Source of the DNA: Macrostomum lignano
Taxonomy: Eukaryota
Assembly: GCA_002269645.1 (NCBI GenBank)
Contig: NIVC01001255.1
Coordinates: forward strand, 203,643-267,642
Reading direction: 5' to 3'
Length of the DNA: 64,000 nt
The notes below the pieces were generated by a model. The model made no database searches, was not told the origin of the DNA, and worked only from the letters and a program-made list of their open reading frames with translations. Each line of letters opens with the position of its first letter. The stretch's first letter is position 1. A program made the translations under genes and the position numbers. This document shows, piece after piece, positions 1-11,993 of the stretch.

Positions 1-200
1 GGATTTGGTCATTGGTGAGATTAAATTGGATTTGGTCATTGGTGAGATTAAATGGGATTTGGTCATTAGTGAGATTAAATGGGATTTGGTCATTGGTGAG
101 ATTAAATGGGATTTGGTCATTGGTGAGATTAAATTGGATTTGGTCATTGGTGAGATAAAATGTGATTTGGTCATTGATGGGATAATTGGGATAAAATGGG
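1..200. repeat. 27-bp minisatellite (GGATTTGGTCATTGGTGAGATTAAATK), about 7 copies, truncated by the window start
   Basis: The unit recurs at 1, 28, 55, 82, 109 and 136, then decays. It explains the 9-aa periodic ORF 5..238. Confidence 0.9.
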
Positions 201-496
201 ATTTGCCATTTGTGCTAATGGGATGCAATGAGACTTAGGGATGAAATTGGATTATGTCATTGTTGGGATATTAGAGAAATTTCCAGCAAAGATACTTCCC
301 TTCATATTAAATGTGAAAGTCAAATAAAAATTTGATGCGATTACTGAGAATTGCATGTAAAATTCCCATAGTTGAAGCCTAACGAGTGCTAAGATTGACG
401 CAATTCCTCCCTTGTTTTTCTCCCGACAAAAAGCAGACGGATATTAAAAAGGAAGGCAACGAAGTTTCTAAGGCTTCAACTCTGTTTTATCACAAG

Positions 497-550
497 AGGT
501 TTTAGTCAGAGCGCCAGACTCACGACTGAAAGGTCGGGGTTCGATTCTTG
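497..550 (+). mobile_element. tRNA-derived SINE head (B-box region)
   Basis: CAGAGCGCCAGACTCACGACTGAAAGGTCGGGGTTCGATTC has a tRNA-like anticodon/T arm and a B box (GGTTCGATTC). It is similar to the SINE head at 2271-2335. Confidence 0.55.
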
Positions 551-1010
551 ACCTACTTGGAAAAAGAGATGCGTCGATTTTTTACCTACTTGGAAAAAGA
601 GGATGCGTCGATTCTTGACCTACTTGGAAAAAGAGGATGTGTCGGTTCTTGACCTACTTGGAAAAAGAGGATGTGTCGATTCTTGACCTACTTTGAAAAA
701 GAGGATGTGTCGGTTCTTGACCTACTTGGAAAAAGAGGATGTCGATTCTTGACCTACTTGGAAAAAGAGGATGTGTCGGTTCTTGACCTACTTGGAAAAA
801 GAGGATGCGTCGATTCTTGACCTACTTGGAAAAAGAGGATGTCGATTCTTGACCTACTTGGAAAAAGAGGATGTCGATTCTTGACCTACTTGGAAAAAGA
901 GGATGTGTCGGTTCTTGACCTACTTGTAAAAAGAGGATGTGTCGGTTCTTGACCTACTTGGAAAAAGAGAATGCGTCGGTTCTTGACCTACTTGGAAAAA
1001 GAGGATGTGA
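541..1010. repeat. 32-34-bp minisatellite (TTCTTGACCTACTTGGAAAAAGAGGATGTGTCGG), about 14 copies
   Basis: Direct tandem copies that begin inside the B box of the SINE head. Confidence 0.9.
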
Positions 1011-1385
1011 ACTTTAGAGTTCCAAATAGCTCCCGCTATGCCTAAAACCGACCACTTTAGCATTTGGGGATCTCTATGCGGAGAAATGGGATAACTGGAG
1101 ATTTAATGTGCACAGAAACCTTCCTGAGTTTAATATTTTTTATTGTTTTTTTCAGGAGCCTCTAGTATACAGCCATTTATGAAACATTGTACTAAAACTT
1201 AACGTAAGAGATAACATAATGGGGCCATAAAATAACATTACTATCGTTACTATTTTCATACAAACATAAAAAGAGCGTTGTTCATCATGGTCATCTCGTC
1301 ATTTAAGCATTTGAAGCTCCAAATGAAGACATTGGCGTAAAGAAATCGGGACCCAATGCTTCGGGCTCCATTTTGCCTCTTAAGT

Positions 1386-1475
1386 TCTTTGTGTCCTTCA
1401 GCAAGACACTTAACTCTGCATTGCTTCAGTTCACCCAGCTGTATAAAATGGGTGCCAGCATTAGCTGGGGTAGTT
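1386..1475 (+). mobile_element. CORE-type SINE internal fragment
   Basis: TGTGTCCTTCAGCAAGACACTTAACTC...TTGCTTCAGTTCACCCAGCTGTATAAAATGGGTGCCAGCATTAGCTGGGGTA is nearly identical to about 2350-2435. Confidence 0.65.
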
Positions 1476-2270
1476 AATGGTGACACAAGCAGTTGCTTAT
1501 TCATTTGATTATTAACCGCGCCAAACTCTGCTTAGCCCTATTCTACAAGAGACTCACAATCAGCATCAGAGTCCAACACGTGTTTCCTAGCCATTGACTG
1601 CAGCTCGTCTCGAGGCACCACAGCGTAGAATCGAGCCTCAAATGCCGTCTGGATTTCCGCCTGGGTGCTCAGCGGCAGCGGCTGCTGGCAGTCCTGCTGA
1701 TTTTGGTCTAACGGGGCTACAGCCTGCCTACAGCAGTGGATGATGGCGCTGACCCAGGCGCTTTTCACCTGGGCTAGCCGTTCAGAACAGACATTAGTGG
1801 CGCCATTCGACATGCTGGCGACAATGGGGCTGAGAAATAGAGCTGATACTGGAAGTCCACGGCGGACTGCAGCAAAAAAAGTGTTCTTGCAGTTTTTATG
1901 TTTTCTTTTGCAAATTGAAAATCTGCTTCAGCTGGACTTCATATGTGAAGCCCCAGTTCTTTCATTAGATTTAAAAAGGCAAAAATTGTCACGAATTCTC
2001 TCTTCTGCATACAGAATCTAAGTTGGATACTTGGTTAACAAAAAAACATTTCTTGGCCCTGACTTTCTCATTGTACACACTTTGTGCCTTGGGATTTGAT
2101 CATCTTAGAAGTGAGAAGGTACTGACAAATCTTTAGACCTTATTAACCCAGTATTTACTCACTTACGTACTTACTCTATGAGGTCCCTGAGCTAAGTATA
2201 CGCGCGGTCGTAGAGATGCTTGATAATTGGAGTTTTAAAAGCTAACACTATATGTTGATCCTGACATTAT

Positions 2271-2581
2271 CAACATAGCTTAGTGGTTAGACCGTCGAAC
2301 TCACGACTTGAAGGTCAGGGGTTTGATTCTCGATCCCGCTGGAACAATTTGTGTCCTAGAGCAATACACTTAACTCTATTGTACATTGCTTCAGTTCACC
2401 CAGCTGTAAAATGGGTGCCAGCATTAGCTGGGGTAATTGAGGGACTGAGGGTGTGGCAACCTCATACCCCAGTCCTTGGACTGAACAGCCGTACGCAGCC
2501 TTCAGATGCGCCGGGCAGTAGATGTCGGCTGCACAACTGGCCCAATTGGGGCAGGTGTAATCAATTATATCATTATTATTA
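2271..2581 (+). mobile_element. tRNA-derived SINE with CORE-like domain
   Basis: It has an A box (TAGCTTAGTGG, 2276), a degenerate B box (GGTTTGATTC) and an (ATT)-rich tail. The body GTGTCC..GCAA.ACACTTAAC..CTTCAGTTCACCCAGCTGTAAAATGGG resembles the CORE/MIR domain as I recall it. Confidence 0.7.
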
Positions 2582-4521
2582 AGCAGAATAAATCGCGGTT
2601 ACAAATACGGACCCTTTCAGTTCTGTTTCTGTCAACCTTGTGCTTTCAGTTTAGCAAGCGTTCGTCTCACCCCCTTTTCCAGTCCTCTCCGCTCTTCCTG
2701 CGTTTCCGCGAGCTTCTGATTAAGTTCCCGCTTGAACCTCTGACATATCAGAGTCTGCTCAGAAGCTAACACCACCCTCTAACCTCCCCGTTGGATCTGC
2801 TGACTCGGTCGTTTTTTTGTTGCTTCTGACTGAAGCCTGAAGGAACTACAACCTAAGATTTTAGATTGGAGCCACCTCACCTACCGGACGTTAAGTTAGC
2901 CGGCGTACGAGAAGTACAGTAATAAAAGTAATGTTGATGGCAAGACAGGTTCGCAAAACTTCGGATCATCTAAGCCAGTTAATCCCTTTACGCCCCCAGC
3001 ACACATACAACCCAAGCTACGGCTGTTACACAGCTTGCAGAGCATTAAAGAAACCATCAAATCGACATATCGGGAATCATAATTGAGCGCGTAAAACTGG
3101 AAGTTCGTCGATTCTTTTTTTCTAATTCTTTGGAATTCGAAGCACAGCAGATTAACGCTAAATTGTGCTGGCCCAGTCAACTAGGCACTTTGCGTAACAC
3201 TGTACTACGATAAGAAATTCGAGGCCCACAAACACTCCTGTGCGTAGGTTTATGCTCGGGATTCGGCAAAATGACCATTCTTAATTGCCTCCTCGATGGC
3301 TGCGCGCCGACAGTCGCCTTGATTTGCCGCAGTTCTCAAACCACCACTCCACAACTAATAAGGTCTATTATGCGATACGGTCGTAGAATATATTAAAGTA
3401 AAAGTCCAAATGGGATGAAATAACGGGTGAATGAAGCTGATTTACGATCTGATCTACAATAGTTTCTTTCGCGACATATAAGCTCTTAAGCAATCTCAGT
3501 CAAGCATCAATAGGTCAGATTCCTCAACTGCTAGTTAGCTTCATCATCTATCTAGCAACCGGAAATGACGCACTGTCTCCCTTCTATACGATAATGACAA
3601 GTAGAAAGTATGCAGAAAAATATTACGGTTCTCAGTCATGAAAATCTCCAATATTCACAAGAAAGCCCATTCCAGATTTTGCAATCAGGCACGCTCTTAG
3701 CTGTGCGCAAGAGCTCTCTGATAGAGTAATAATTCTACGCAAAGCCTTGTAAGTCCAGCAATTAACAGATTGACATCTCGTTCACTGCAGAGCCAGATCT
3801 GGCCGAACACAAGATAACTAGATGTGGTTGCACTCAACTACAAATAGAAAAAGCCTTCAAAGTGCGAGTCTGCACCAGACTCTACTACATCTTCTAGCTG
3901 TACCCACAGTCAACAGCTGATATAAATCACAATCGCAAAATTTATTAATTAGCAATAAAAGCTTAACTAAAAAGAGGGAGCTGAAAAAATGCTGAATAAC
4001 AAAATTCTAGATAGCCAAGTGCACGTGATCAACCCATTCTTTATTACTAAGCGGACCTAACTAAAAATAGCATTTGAATAGAAAGGACCTTCCTTTTTCA
4101 CGGTCAGCTTTCTGTATGAGTTCAGCAGGTGCAAGCACGAAGATGCTTGGACATAGAGAAAAGAGACAGTCTTATTCTAAAAATTCTTAGTCTAACTTCT
4201 ACTTTTTCAAGTCGACAGAATAGGAAAAAATGTCAAACATCAAAAGACAGACGACGCCGAACGACTGTACTTGCGAGATAAAGATGAAGGAGAAAGATTT
4301 CCTGCTATCAATGGGGCTTCTGATCTGAGGGCTCACCGACCGGACAGGCCTAGCTATATGCGGATGGTAAAATGGAAAATAGAATGACAGAAGAAGGATG
4401 TGAGAGAAAAGCCAGGGGGGAAGACCTATAAGCGACCAGACGCCAGATTCCAATAGGGATTACTGGGCGCCAAGCTAAGCTGGCAGGGGGTGCGGGCGAT
4501 ATGAGGAGATGGGAAAGGACT

Positions 4522-4583
4522 GGGGCGAAACCCGGTCAGCCAATAGACGTGTGTGGGAGACCAGTAAGCCCAAGAGTATAAAA
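4522..4583 (+). promoter_or_regulatory. Candidate Pol II core promoter of the GPCR: GC box, CCAAT, TATA
   Basis: GGGGCG at 4522, CCAAT at 4540-4544 and TATAAAA at 4577-4583 are in canonical order and spacing, about 115 bp upstream of ATG 4698. Confidence 0.45.
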
Positions 4584-4697
4584 TATGCAACATAAGCGGC
4601 TGCTATCGCGAAATCAAACACTAAAATGTGATTGGAAAAAGTCCAATATCAAGAACTAGGAATTCTAGACTTGACTACATATTTTTATTCAACAGAA

Positions 4698-6227
4698 ATG
4701 AACAACGATAGTAATAATAATAGCCAATGGACAAGGCCTCGGGACATGATAGTGGACACGGCCGCGTTAACGGGCATCGCACTAATCGGCGTATTCGGCA
4801 ACGCATTAATCATCATGTGCGTCATCGTTCACAAGAAGCTAAAGAATGTCACATCGCTATTCGTAGCCAATTTGGCCGGAGCGGACCTGTTATTAGCTGG
4901 CTTAGTAACGCCCGGCTCAATGCGCCTGCTGTGGCGTCAGCGCGGCCTGCCATTTAGCCCGCTGTGCCAGCTATTCGGCGCGGCGCTCTACTTCAGCTGC
5001 GCCGCTGTGGTAAATTTTAGCGCACTGATAGCGCTAACTCGCTATATAGTAATCTGCAAGCCGCACCTCGTTGTTGGCCTATTTAGGCACAAACGAGCCG
5101 CTTGCTGGTGCATCGCATTATGGAGCTACACTGTACTGCAGGTAGTAGCGCCTTCGGCTGGTCAGTTATTCCAGTACGCCTACAATCCGGCTATCGAGGT
5201 GTGCCATTTGAACTATACGAAACACCCGGTGGCAATAGCCATATACATCAACTGTTTCTGCTTTCTGCCCTGTTTGACTGCCTGCATTGTTTGCTACGCG
5301 CTAATATTCTACGCTTTGCGTCGGAACAGGCGAAAGCTGACTAGGCACATGTCGTCAACAATGAGCGCAAAATTTCTTGCCAAGAAGTTGACTAGAGAGC
5401 GTCGAGCAACTCTGCCACTTTTTGTATCGTTATTGTCATTCTTTGTACACTGGCTACCCGTGATGATCATGTTCGGCTTGGATCCAAACTTTGAAAAATA
5501 CAATCCGCAGATCTACCGCTATTTAGGCGTGTTTAGCATAGCCAGCGCCTGCGACAATTGGATAATCTACGGCCTGTTGAATAAGAACTTTGCCAACGGC
5601 TATAAATCTGTATTAAGCTACTGCTGCTGCTGTCAGTCTAGCAACGATGGCGGCCCAACAGCGCCGCAAGAGTCGATCAAAATGCGCCGAGCACCTGGTA
5701 GAGGCGGCGGACGTCGGCAGTCTAGTAGCGGACGGGTGCACTGTCAGCACCTGTCGGCTGGCAGTTTGCTGCGCAACAGTCAGCGATTGCAGCAGCATCG
5801 CTACAGGCAGAGCAACATTGCTACCGTAGCTGTGGCAAACGCTGCTCCGCTAGTAAGCGAATTAGAAGACTACAGCGACTTGGAGAGCTGGAACAGCGGC
5901 GGTAGGCGGTTTCCAGTTCAACTGCTAGAAGCCTGCCACGCCTGTAACCGAGAAGACAACTATGGAAATCAAGTGTCAATTAATGAGAACATGGCGAATC
6001 ACGATTACAAGGACGACGAGGACGACTACGAAAGCGAAACGGACGATATTGATCGAATCAATGAGAAGTGCTGCGGCGCAAGGCACCGAGCTGAGGCTCT
6101 GCAGCAGCAGCAGCAACAAAGACTATCATCTGGCGACCAGACGAATACACCAACGCGTCAATCGCTTGTTGTTGTCCTGGCGGTGCGAGACGGCTGCGAC
6201 AATGACGGGAAAATTGCCCAGCTGTGA
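4698..6227 (+). CDS. Intronless class A (rhodopsin-like) GPCR, about 509 aa, orphan (melatonin-receptor/GPR84/moody-like motifs)
   Basis: There are seven hydrophobic segments with GN (TM1), NLAGAD (TM2), TRY (TM3), W (TM4), FLP..CY (TM5), HWLP (TM6) and DNWIIY (TM7). The N-terminus has NxS sequons and the C-tail is long. The first ATG is 4698; the ORF-track start at 4632 is TTG. Confidence 0.9.
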   Translation: MNNDSNNNSQWTRPRDMIVDTAALTGIALIGVFGNALIIMCVIVHKKLKNVTSLFVANLAGADLLLAGLVTPGSMRLLWRQRGLPFSPLCQLFGAALYFSCAAVVNFSALIALTRYIVICKPHLVVGLFRHKRAACWCIALWSYTVLQVVAPSAGQLFQYAYNPAIEVCHLNYTKHPVAIAIYINCFCFLPCLTACIVCYALIFYALRRNRRKLTRHMSSTMSAKFLAKKLTRERRATLPLFVSLLSFFVHWLPVMIMFGLDPNFEKYNPQIYRYLGVFSIASACDNWIIYGLLNKNFANGYKSVLSYCCCCQSSNDGGPTAPQESIKMRRAPGRGGGRRQSSSGRVHCQHLSAGSLLRNSQRLQQHRYRQSNIATVAVANAAPLVSELEDYSDLESWNSGGRRFPVQLLEACHACNREDNYGNQVSINENMANHDYKDDEDDYESETDDIDRINEKCCGARHRAEALQQQQQQRLSSGDQTNTPTRQSLVVVLAVRDGCDNDGKIAQL

Positions 6228-7639
6228 CGCTTTTTACCATTCTATTCATATATAGCTTCTTAAGTCGATGATTAATCTTTCTCCTCGATTGAAAAGGCTT
6301 CTGTCCCCATCAAAATCAAAACATGGAAAGCAATAAGTAAACACGCGTTGCCGATTCCCTTTTTTATGCTTAAGCCAATAGGCTTAACAGGCGACTGACC
6401 CTCCAGTCTAGACCGATTCCACTCGTCTTCACCAGCTAAGAACTATGCTGCTGGTCCTGCAGAGCGGCACTTTGCACCGTTACCTCGGAATGCGTGCAGA
6501 CAGTGGCGGTCAGAACACTTTAAAAAGGACAGGACAGACCGGGAACGGCGGTTCTAGGCAAATAAGATCGGTTCAAGAAAGCCAGCCAGACTGAGATTAG
6601 AGCCTACACACTGAAAGGGACCGCGAGGAACAGGCGCTACGCTGCAGCGTTCAGCTTCATCAACCCCTCTTTCTTTCTCGCTGCCCCCTCACGCCTGTCT
6701 CCTACAGATACGGCGTCATTCGAACCCAAGCCTCAGAACACAGTTCCCCTCCTAGAAGCAGATACAGAACGCCCTAATCAATTCAGCGAAATGTGTTATC
6801 CTCCCACTCTACCGCGAGTGCCCAATTTTAGCTTAACTGAACTGGACCTACCTGTGAGTCAAGCAGTTATGCACCTTCGGCTACAATAAGATTGTAAAAC
6901 CTTTACCAAATTTTGTTTCTCTTCTGCACTCCGATTTGCAATATTGATTTCTTTATGTTGCTTTACAATCATTTGTCATAATGAAATATATGAAATTTAC
7001 CTCAGTGCACTCAGTCAATATTACAAAGCAATCATACCATACAGCTTTTTTTTTAATGTCAATTACCTGTAAATACTAGAAGAAAAAGATAAATGGGAAT
7101 AAAATAAAGCATGACAGTTCGCATACTACAATAAAAACATGCACACTTTCATACTTATTATTAGAATTTAAACATAGCATAAATAGCCAGGCCCAACATT
7201 CTAAAAACTTTTTATCTCAACAATGCTACTAAAAGTAGCAATAGAAGCTAGTAATACATACTTTTGCTTGAATATGAATGCAATTTAGACAGTAAGATAG
7301 CAGTAAGATGTAGTGTCATATTGAAAATAAGTATATTAAACTTGCCTTTTCAAATTACTAAGATCTTTTAATAATAAGATAATGCAAAATAGCAACAATG
7401 TTTCTGCTAGCTGCAGTATATAGACAAAATTCTAATAGACTCTCTAATATTAGAATTCTAATATTAAAATTCTAATAGACTCATAACTGTTAATTTGCCA
7501 TAGGCATTTTAGCTATCCTGTTCACTATATAAGTATAAATACAAGTTCAACTTGCAGCTTTGGCCCTTCACCTCTTTTTTGCCCTACTAATCAATTACAA
7601 TAAACTTGCTTCTATTAGTTAATTGTCAACTTCAACAAA

Positions 7640-8560
7640 TTGGTAACAGAGCATTAGCATTACCATGGTCATTATGCAATCAATAACTGACCTATCTAGT
7701 GACCAGATCTAGTAGTCCCAGAATGACCATAGCACATACTCTGCTAAAATAGCCATTGCCACAGAGTAGTCGCATATTGAAGCTAGTGACCCACCACTAG
7801 CTGCTTTAGCAACTACGATATCTTCTCTTTTTGCTGCTTATTCCATAACTACGATCCTTGCAGCAGCTCCCACTACCTCTGTTGACATCAATGCCTCCTG
7901 ACCACAATGACTGCCATGATACAACAAAACCAACTGCTCATACAATAGCTTGATGCTAATGCTCATCTTGCCCCAACATCAACATCATTGTCTATTACTA
8001 GCAACTGCAATCTAATTGCTCTCATCTGCTTTATTGTTCTTTCAAAGGTTTATCTTCCAACATTCAATGGTATAGACCTAGCTACATTCCCTAGATTCTA
8101 GGAGACATTCTTTCACCATGTCAACAGCATTGCAGTCAATAACATTGATAAGTTTGAGGCATTCCACAGTCTTCTCTCTGGCTTGGCACTAGAAGCTTGG
8201 CACCCTTGATGCTTGCTAGCCCAATGCCTATGCAGAAGCCTGCTGCATCCTCCTGGGCAAATATATTGATGCCCAAGAGCAGAAAAAATGCCATTCTAGT
8301 GCATTTTTGCTCTCCATTGCAGCTCCACCTCCAACCTAGATAAGCTCAATAATTTTACCAACACCCTTTGTCTCATTACCAGCTAGCTATTCTGCCTAAG
8401 TGAGCTTGTTTGCACCATGGACAGCCACATCTATGCACTTTGGAACTGCCTCCTGCTCAAGTACTAGACCAAAATCTGGAATATCCACATTGCCAATGGG
8501 CTGCCCCTTATGTTTACCATGGCCTAGCTCCAAGGCCACCTCGACTGCAAGCTGAAGATG
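7640..8560 (+). mobile_element. Degenerate BEL/Pao LTR retrotransposon gag (DUF1759-like) relic
   Basis: The frame from 8045 reads KVYLPTFNGIDLATFPRF*ETFFHHV..DKFEAFHSLLSGLALEA. A shifted frame continues NAYAEACCILLGKY. This matches the LPxFxG..W..F..KF..L..LxG.A..NY..A..L..Y pattern. Boundaries are approximate. Confidence 0.65.
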
Positions 8561-11301
8561 CTCAAAGCCACTTTCTTTTAAACTGATTTAAATGAACTAC
8601 ACAAGATAAATTGAACTATGAAATTGAAACTTTGAAGTTGCTTAATTCTATCACTCTTTTGAGCCTTAGTTTGACAATATATAGTTTTCTAAGTTCTAAG
8701 TTATTTTTTAATGTTAAAAAGGTCTAAAAAACCTACTTTAATCATTTTATAATATCATATCATATTGTAACTATTTTATTTCAAATGAAAATATAATTTA
8801 GCAAACAAAAGAGGAAAATTACTTGCCTATTTGACTATCAAAAGAATTAGATATAAGCTAGCTAATTACTAGAGCTAGAGTACAACTAAACCAATATTAG
8901 CCAAACAAACAAGCCTTTAGCTTTAGAATAGACTTAATTAGTATCATATAAATAGACCTTTTAATCAAATTTAACTAAAATTTGACAAACAATTAACCTA
9001 AAAAATAGGGTAATTTGTTAATCTTTAGAAATTTCAAGACATTTAAAATAGAATTTCGAATTACATTTTGTTCATATTTCTGTTGTTAGTAAGTAAGCTA
9101 CTAAGACCACTCAATGAGTAACTTTTCCAAACTTTTAAACTATAATAAAGAATTAAGACTAGACCTATACCATAGAAAACTCTAATATATACAAGGGATT
9201 CCTAATGCACTTAGCACATAATCAAAGTATAAGTAGATATTGAACAAAGGCCATAGTCTAGAAGAAGGCATATTTACCAAAAATTTCCAAGGTACACTCA
9301 AGAAATTAGGTATATATGTTGACATACAAAAATTGATTTTAGGCTTTTGGTATATACATTTAATATTTTGGTATGATATACACCAAAAATAAAAAATAAT
9401 TTTATTAATAACATTAATAGTCACAATAATCATCTATGCATTGTAATTGTAAAATTTGATAACTATATAACACAAAACTAAGAAATCATCTAGTTTTGTA
9501 TATTTAATTATATTTTGAAAAATAGTGACTTTGTTAGTTACCACAAGTAAATATTTGAACTTTTCCAGGTGTAAAATTTAGTAGTGATATGGCAGACATC
9601 AATGTCTATGTTTACTAGGCCTAGTTTGAGATGGCTAAATGCTATCTATGGTGAAAACCTGCAATTGCTCCCTGTTTTTTTAAATGGACTAAGATGGGAA
9701 GGACTGGGATTCTAATGAATATCTTGCTTGGCTTGCTTTCCTAAACAATCTTGATTGTCACTCTTGATTGTGATTGTTAAAATTTTTAGATTTTAACTTT
9801 ATCTATCTAAGTCTAACTGAAGTTTTTAAATTATAAAAATCACTGACATTAGTACTAGGCCTAAAATAGTAGTACCGTTATAAAACTGACAATTTGAAGC
9901 TTTGCATAATATAATATATTTGGCATACATTGGAATACAGAAAAAATGTCTTTTTGTGGGGTACATTTATAGACTAGGGCCAAAGGTCCCTAATACATAG
10001 GCCTAGGCCTATGATATACAACTGCAAATTGTTATAGGCCAAAAACAATTTATTCCAAATCAAAACTGCCTTTTTCTAATATTCAATTCCAATAGAATGT
10101 TTCAAAGAATGGGTCACACAAGGACCACAGTAGTAGGGTTGGTAGTATAAATCCTATTTTTTTGCCTTCTTAACATTATTCATGATAACTTATATGATGA
10201 CTATGAGTATGATGTAGTCATAAAAATACAATATATCTAATAGCTATCATGCACGAGAGAAAAAAATAGGGCTTATGTCTTATGAAAGACTAGGGCCCAA
10301 GGCTTGTAAGCCAATGCAAGTCTAGGATTAGGCCTGCACTGCACAACATTATAAAGCATAGGCGAATATGACTAGCCTACTACTCAGAGACTGATCTTGA
10401 AAAACAGAAAACTTATGCTTTGCCTTAGTACATAATATTAAAAATACTTCGATTTTATAATAGGCCTAATTTTGCCTTCTTTGAACCTTTAATACGCTAG
10501 TAGCTAGCAGTAAATAACAATAAGATCATGAACGTCACATCAATGACCGAGGAGTTCGAATGGTTTTTTAAAAGATCGAGGGTTCCTAGAATATTCTACG
10601 AAGTCCGGTTCTCGTTACACACGCTTTAAGCTCAGCCATTGATAACGAATAATCGATAAAATTAAAGATATGGGATGAAACGCCAGCTTACTTGATCTTT
10701 CTGGGCTGAGTTTAGTCTTTTGATGCTGTTTTTGTTGTTTTTGTTGCTGTTGTTATACATGTTGGTGCTGTTGTTGTAAATCGATGCTAACGTGTAGCTA
10801 TATACCAAGCCATGGCCAGGGTTCTTTAATTTTTTACCATAGACAAGACGAATAATAACTTCGACTAAAAAGTTGACAACAGAGAGGCTAAGAGGATACT
10901 CAACTCGATGTCGTCATTTATATTGCTGCCATTAACTACAGTTAGTCTGTACGTTAGCAATCTCAAATATGCTTTGCGCTCTAAATCTAACATCAGGTTT
11001 GTAATTTCGTTTCCTCTTTCGACTTTTTATAGCTGTTGAATAGATGAAGTTAAATTAATTGCTGCGCAGGTCAAATTGGAAAAGTTTTGATTTGAAGTTT
11101 TTGACAGAGTTTTGACAAAAAGCATGAATCTGAGCGCAAAATCAGCGTTGTCAATAGAAATGCACGGAGTCAGTATACAGCGATCGCACCATCCTTTCTT
11201 AGTTTCATCCACTCTTAGTTTCGCAATTGATGCAACTCGAAAGAAACCGCGAACAGTGGGCGTGTTGGGGACAATGTTAGTGTCTTCATTCGCTTCCTAG
11301 T

Positions 11302-11993
11302 CATGGATGAATGAATAGAATGGATTGCTATTCTGGCTCTGGCTATTTTCGTTTTTGACTCTTTTGCATCCGGTTCCCCCCCGTGCCTGTTCTCATCGTT
11401 ACTGGTATCGTATATGTGTGTTGTTTTCCTGTTCCAATTTCACTCAATTTTACCATTCTAACAGTCTGTGTTGTCATGTACGTTAATAGAATCGTGTACC
11501 ACAAGTTTTGATGCGTGATGCACACACAAAGGTACTCCCTCGATGATGATGATGGGCGAAATAGAAGTTACTTGTGTTGAAATAGAACTTTAAAACCAAT
11601 TTCATAACTCCAATAGTAAAATTCAGATAAAGCATCGCCAGTAATCCATTATTGTAGCATTGTCATCGCACCCTCATCATCACCCTCGACATGAAAATCT
11701 GAAATCATTACTGTTGTAATTTGCAGGGGATTTGTTATCATTCCTCTGCTTTAATTAACAACTTCAATTGACAAACAAGTAACCAGAGAATATCGAGCGC
11801 TCGATATTCTCTGCAAGTAACTGACATTCTCAGTTCTTTGCGCTTGTGCATCGAAAGAAAGGGGCGAAGGCCGAAAATTGTCTATGGCAATCATCAACCA
11901 ATGAAAAGGCACGGGGGGGAACCGGATGCAAAAGAGTCAAAAACGAAAATAGCCAGAGCCAGAATAGCAATCCATTCTATTCATTCATCCATG
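11302..11993. mobile_element. P-superfamily non-autonomous DNA transposon, copy 1 (692 bp)
   Basis: Termini are CATGGATGAA...TTCATCCATG with about 87 bp of inverted repeat. There is a perfect 8-bp TSD TTCCTAGT at 11294-11301 and 11994-12001. Confidence 0.9.

Noticed and set aside
541-1010. Regularly spaced 21-44-bp repeats as possible CRISPR arrays (also 24309-24780 and 47508-48739)
   Set aside because: The units are head-to-tail with no unique spacers, there are no cas genes, and the context is eukaryotic.
2271-2345. tRNA gene
   Set aside because: The B box is degenerate, the acceptor stem does not pair, and the sequence runs into a repeated SINE body.
6003-6026. DYKDDEDD in the GPCR tail, resembling a FLAG tag
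   Set aside because: It is not DYKDDDDK, it sits in a natural acidic tract, and there is no vector sequence. This is coincidence.
6400-6760. Antisense B-box (GGGTTCGAAT) suggesting another SINE
   Set aside because: There is no A box at the right distance and no second copy in the window.
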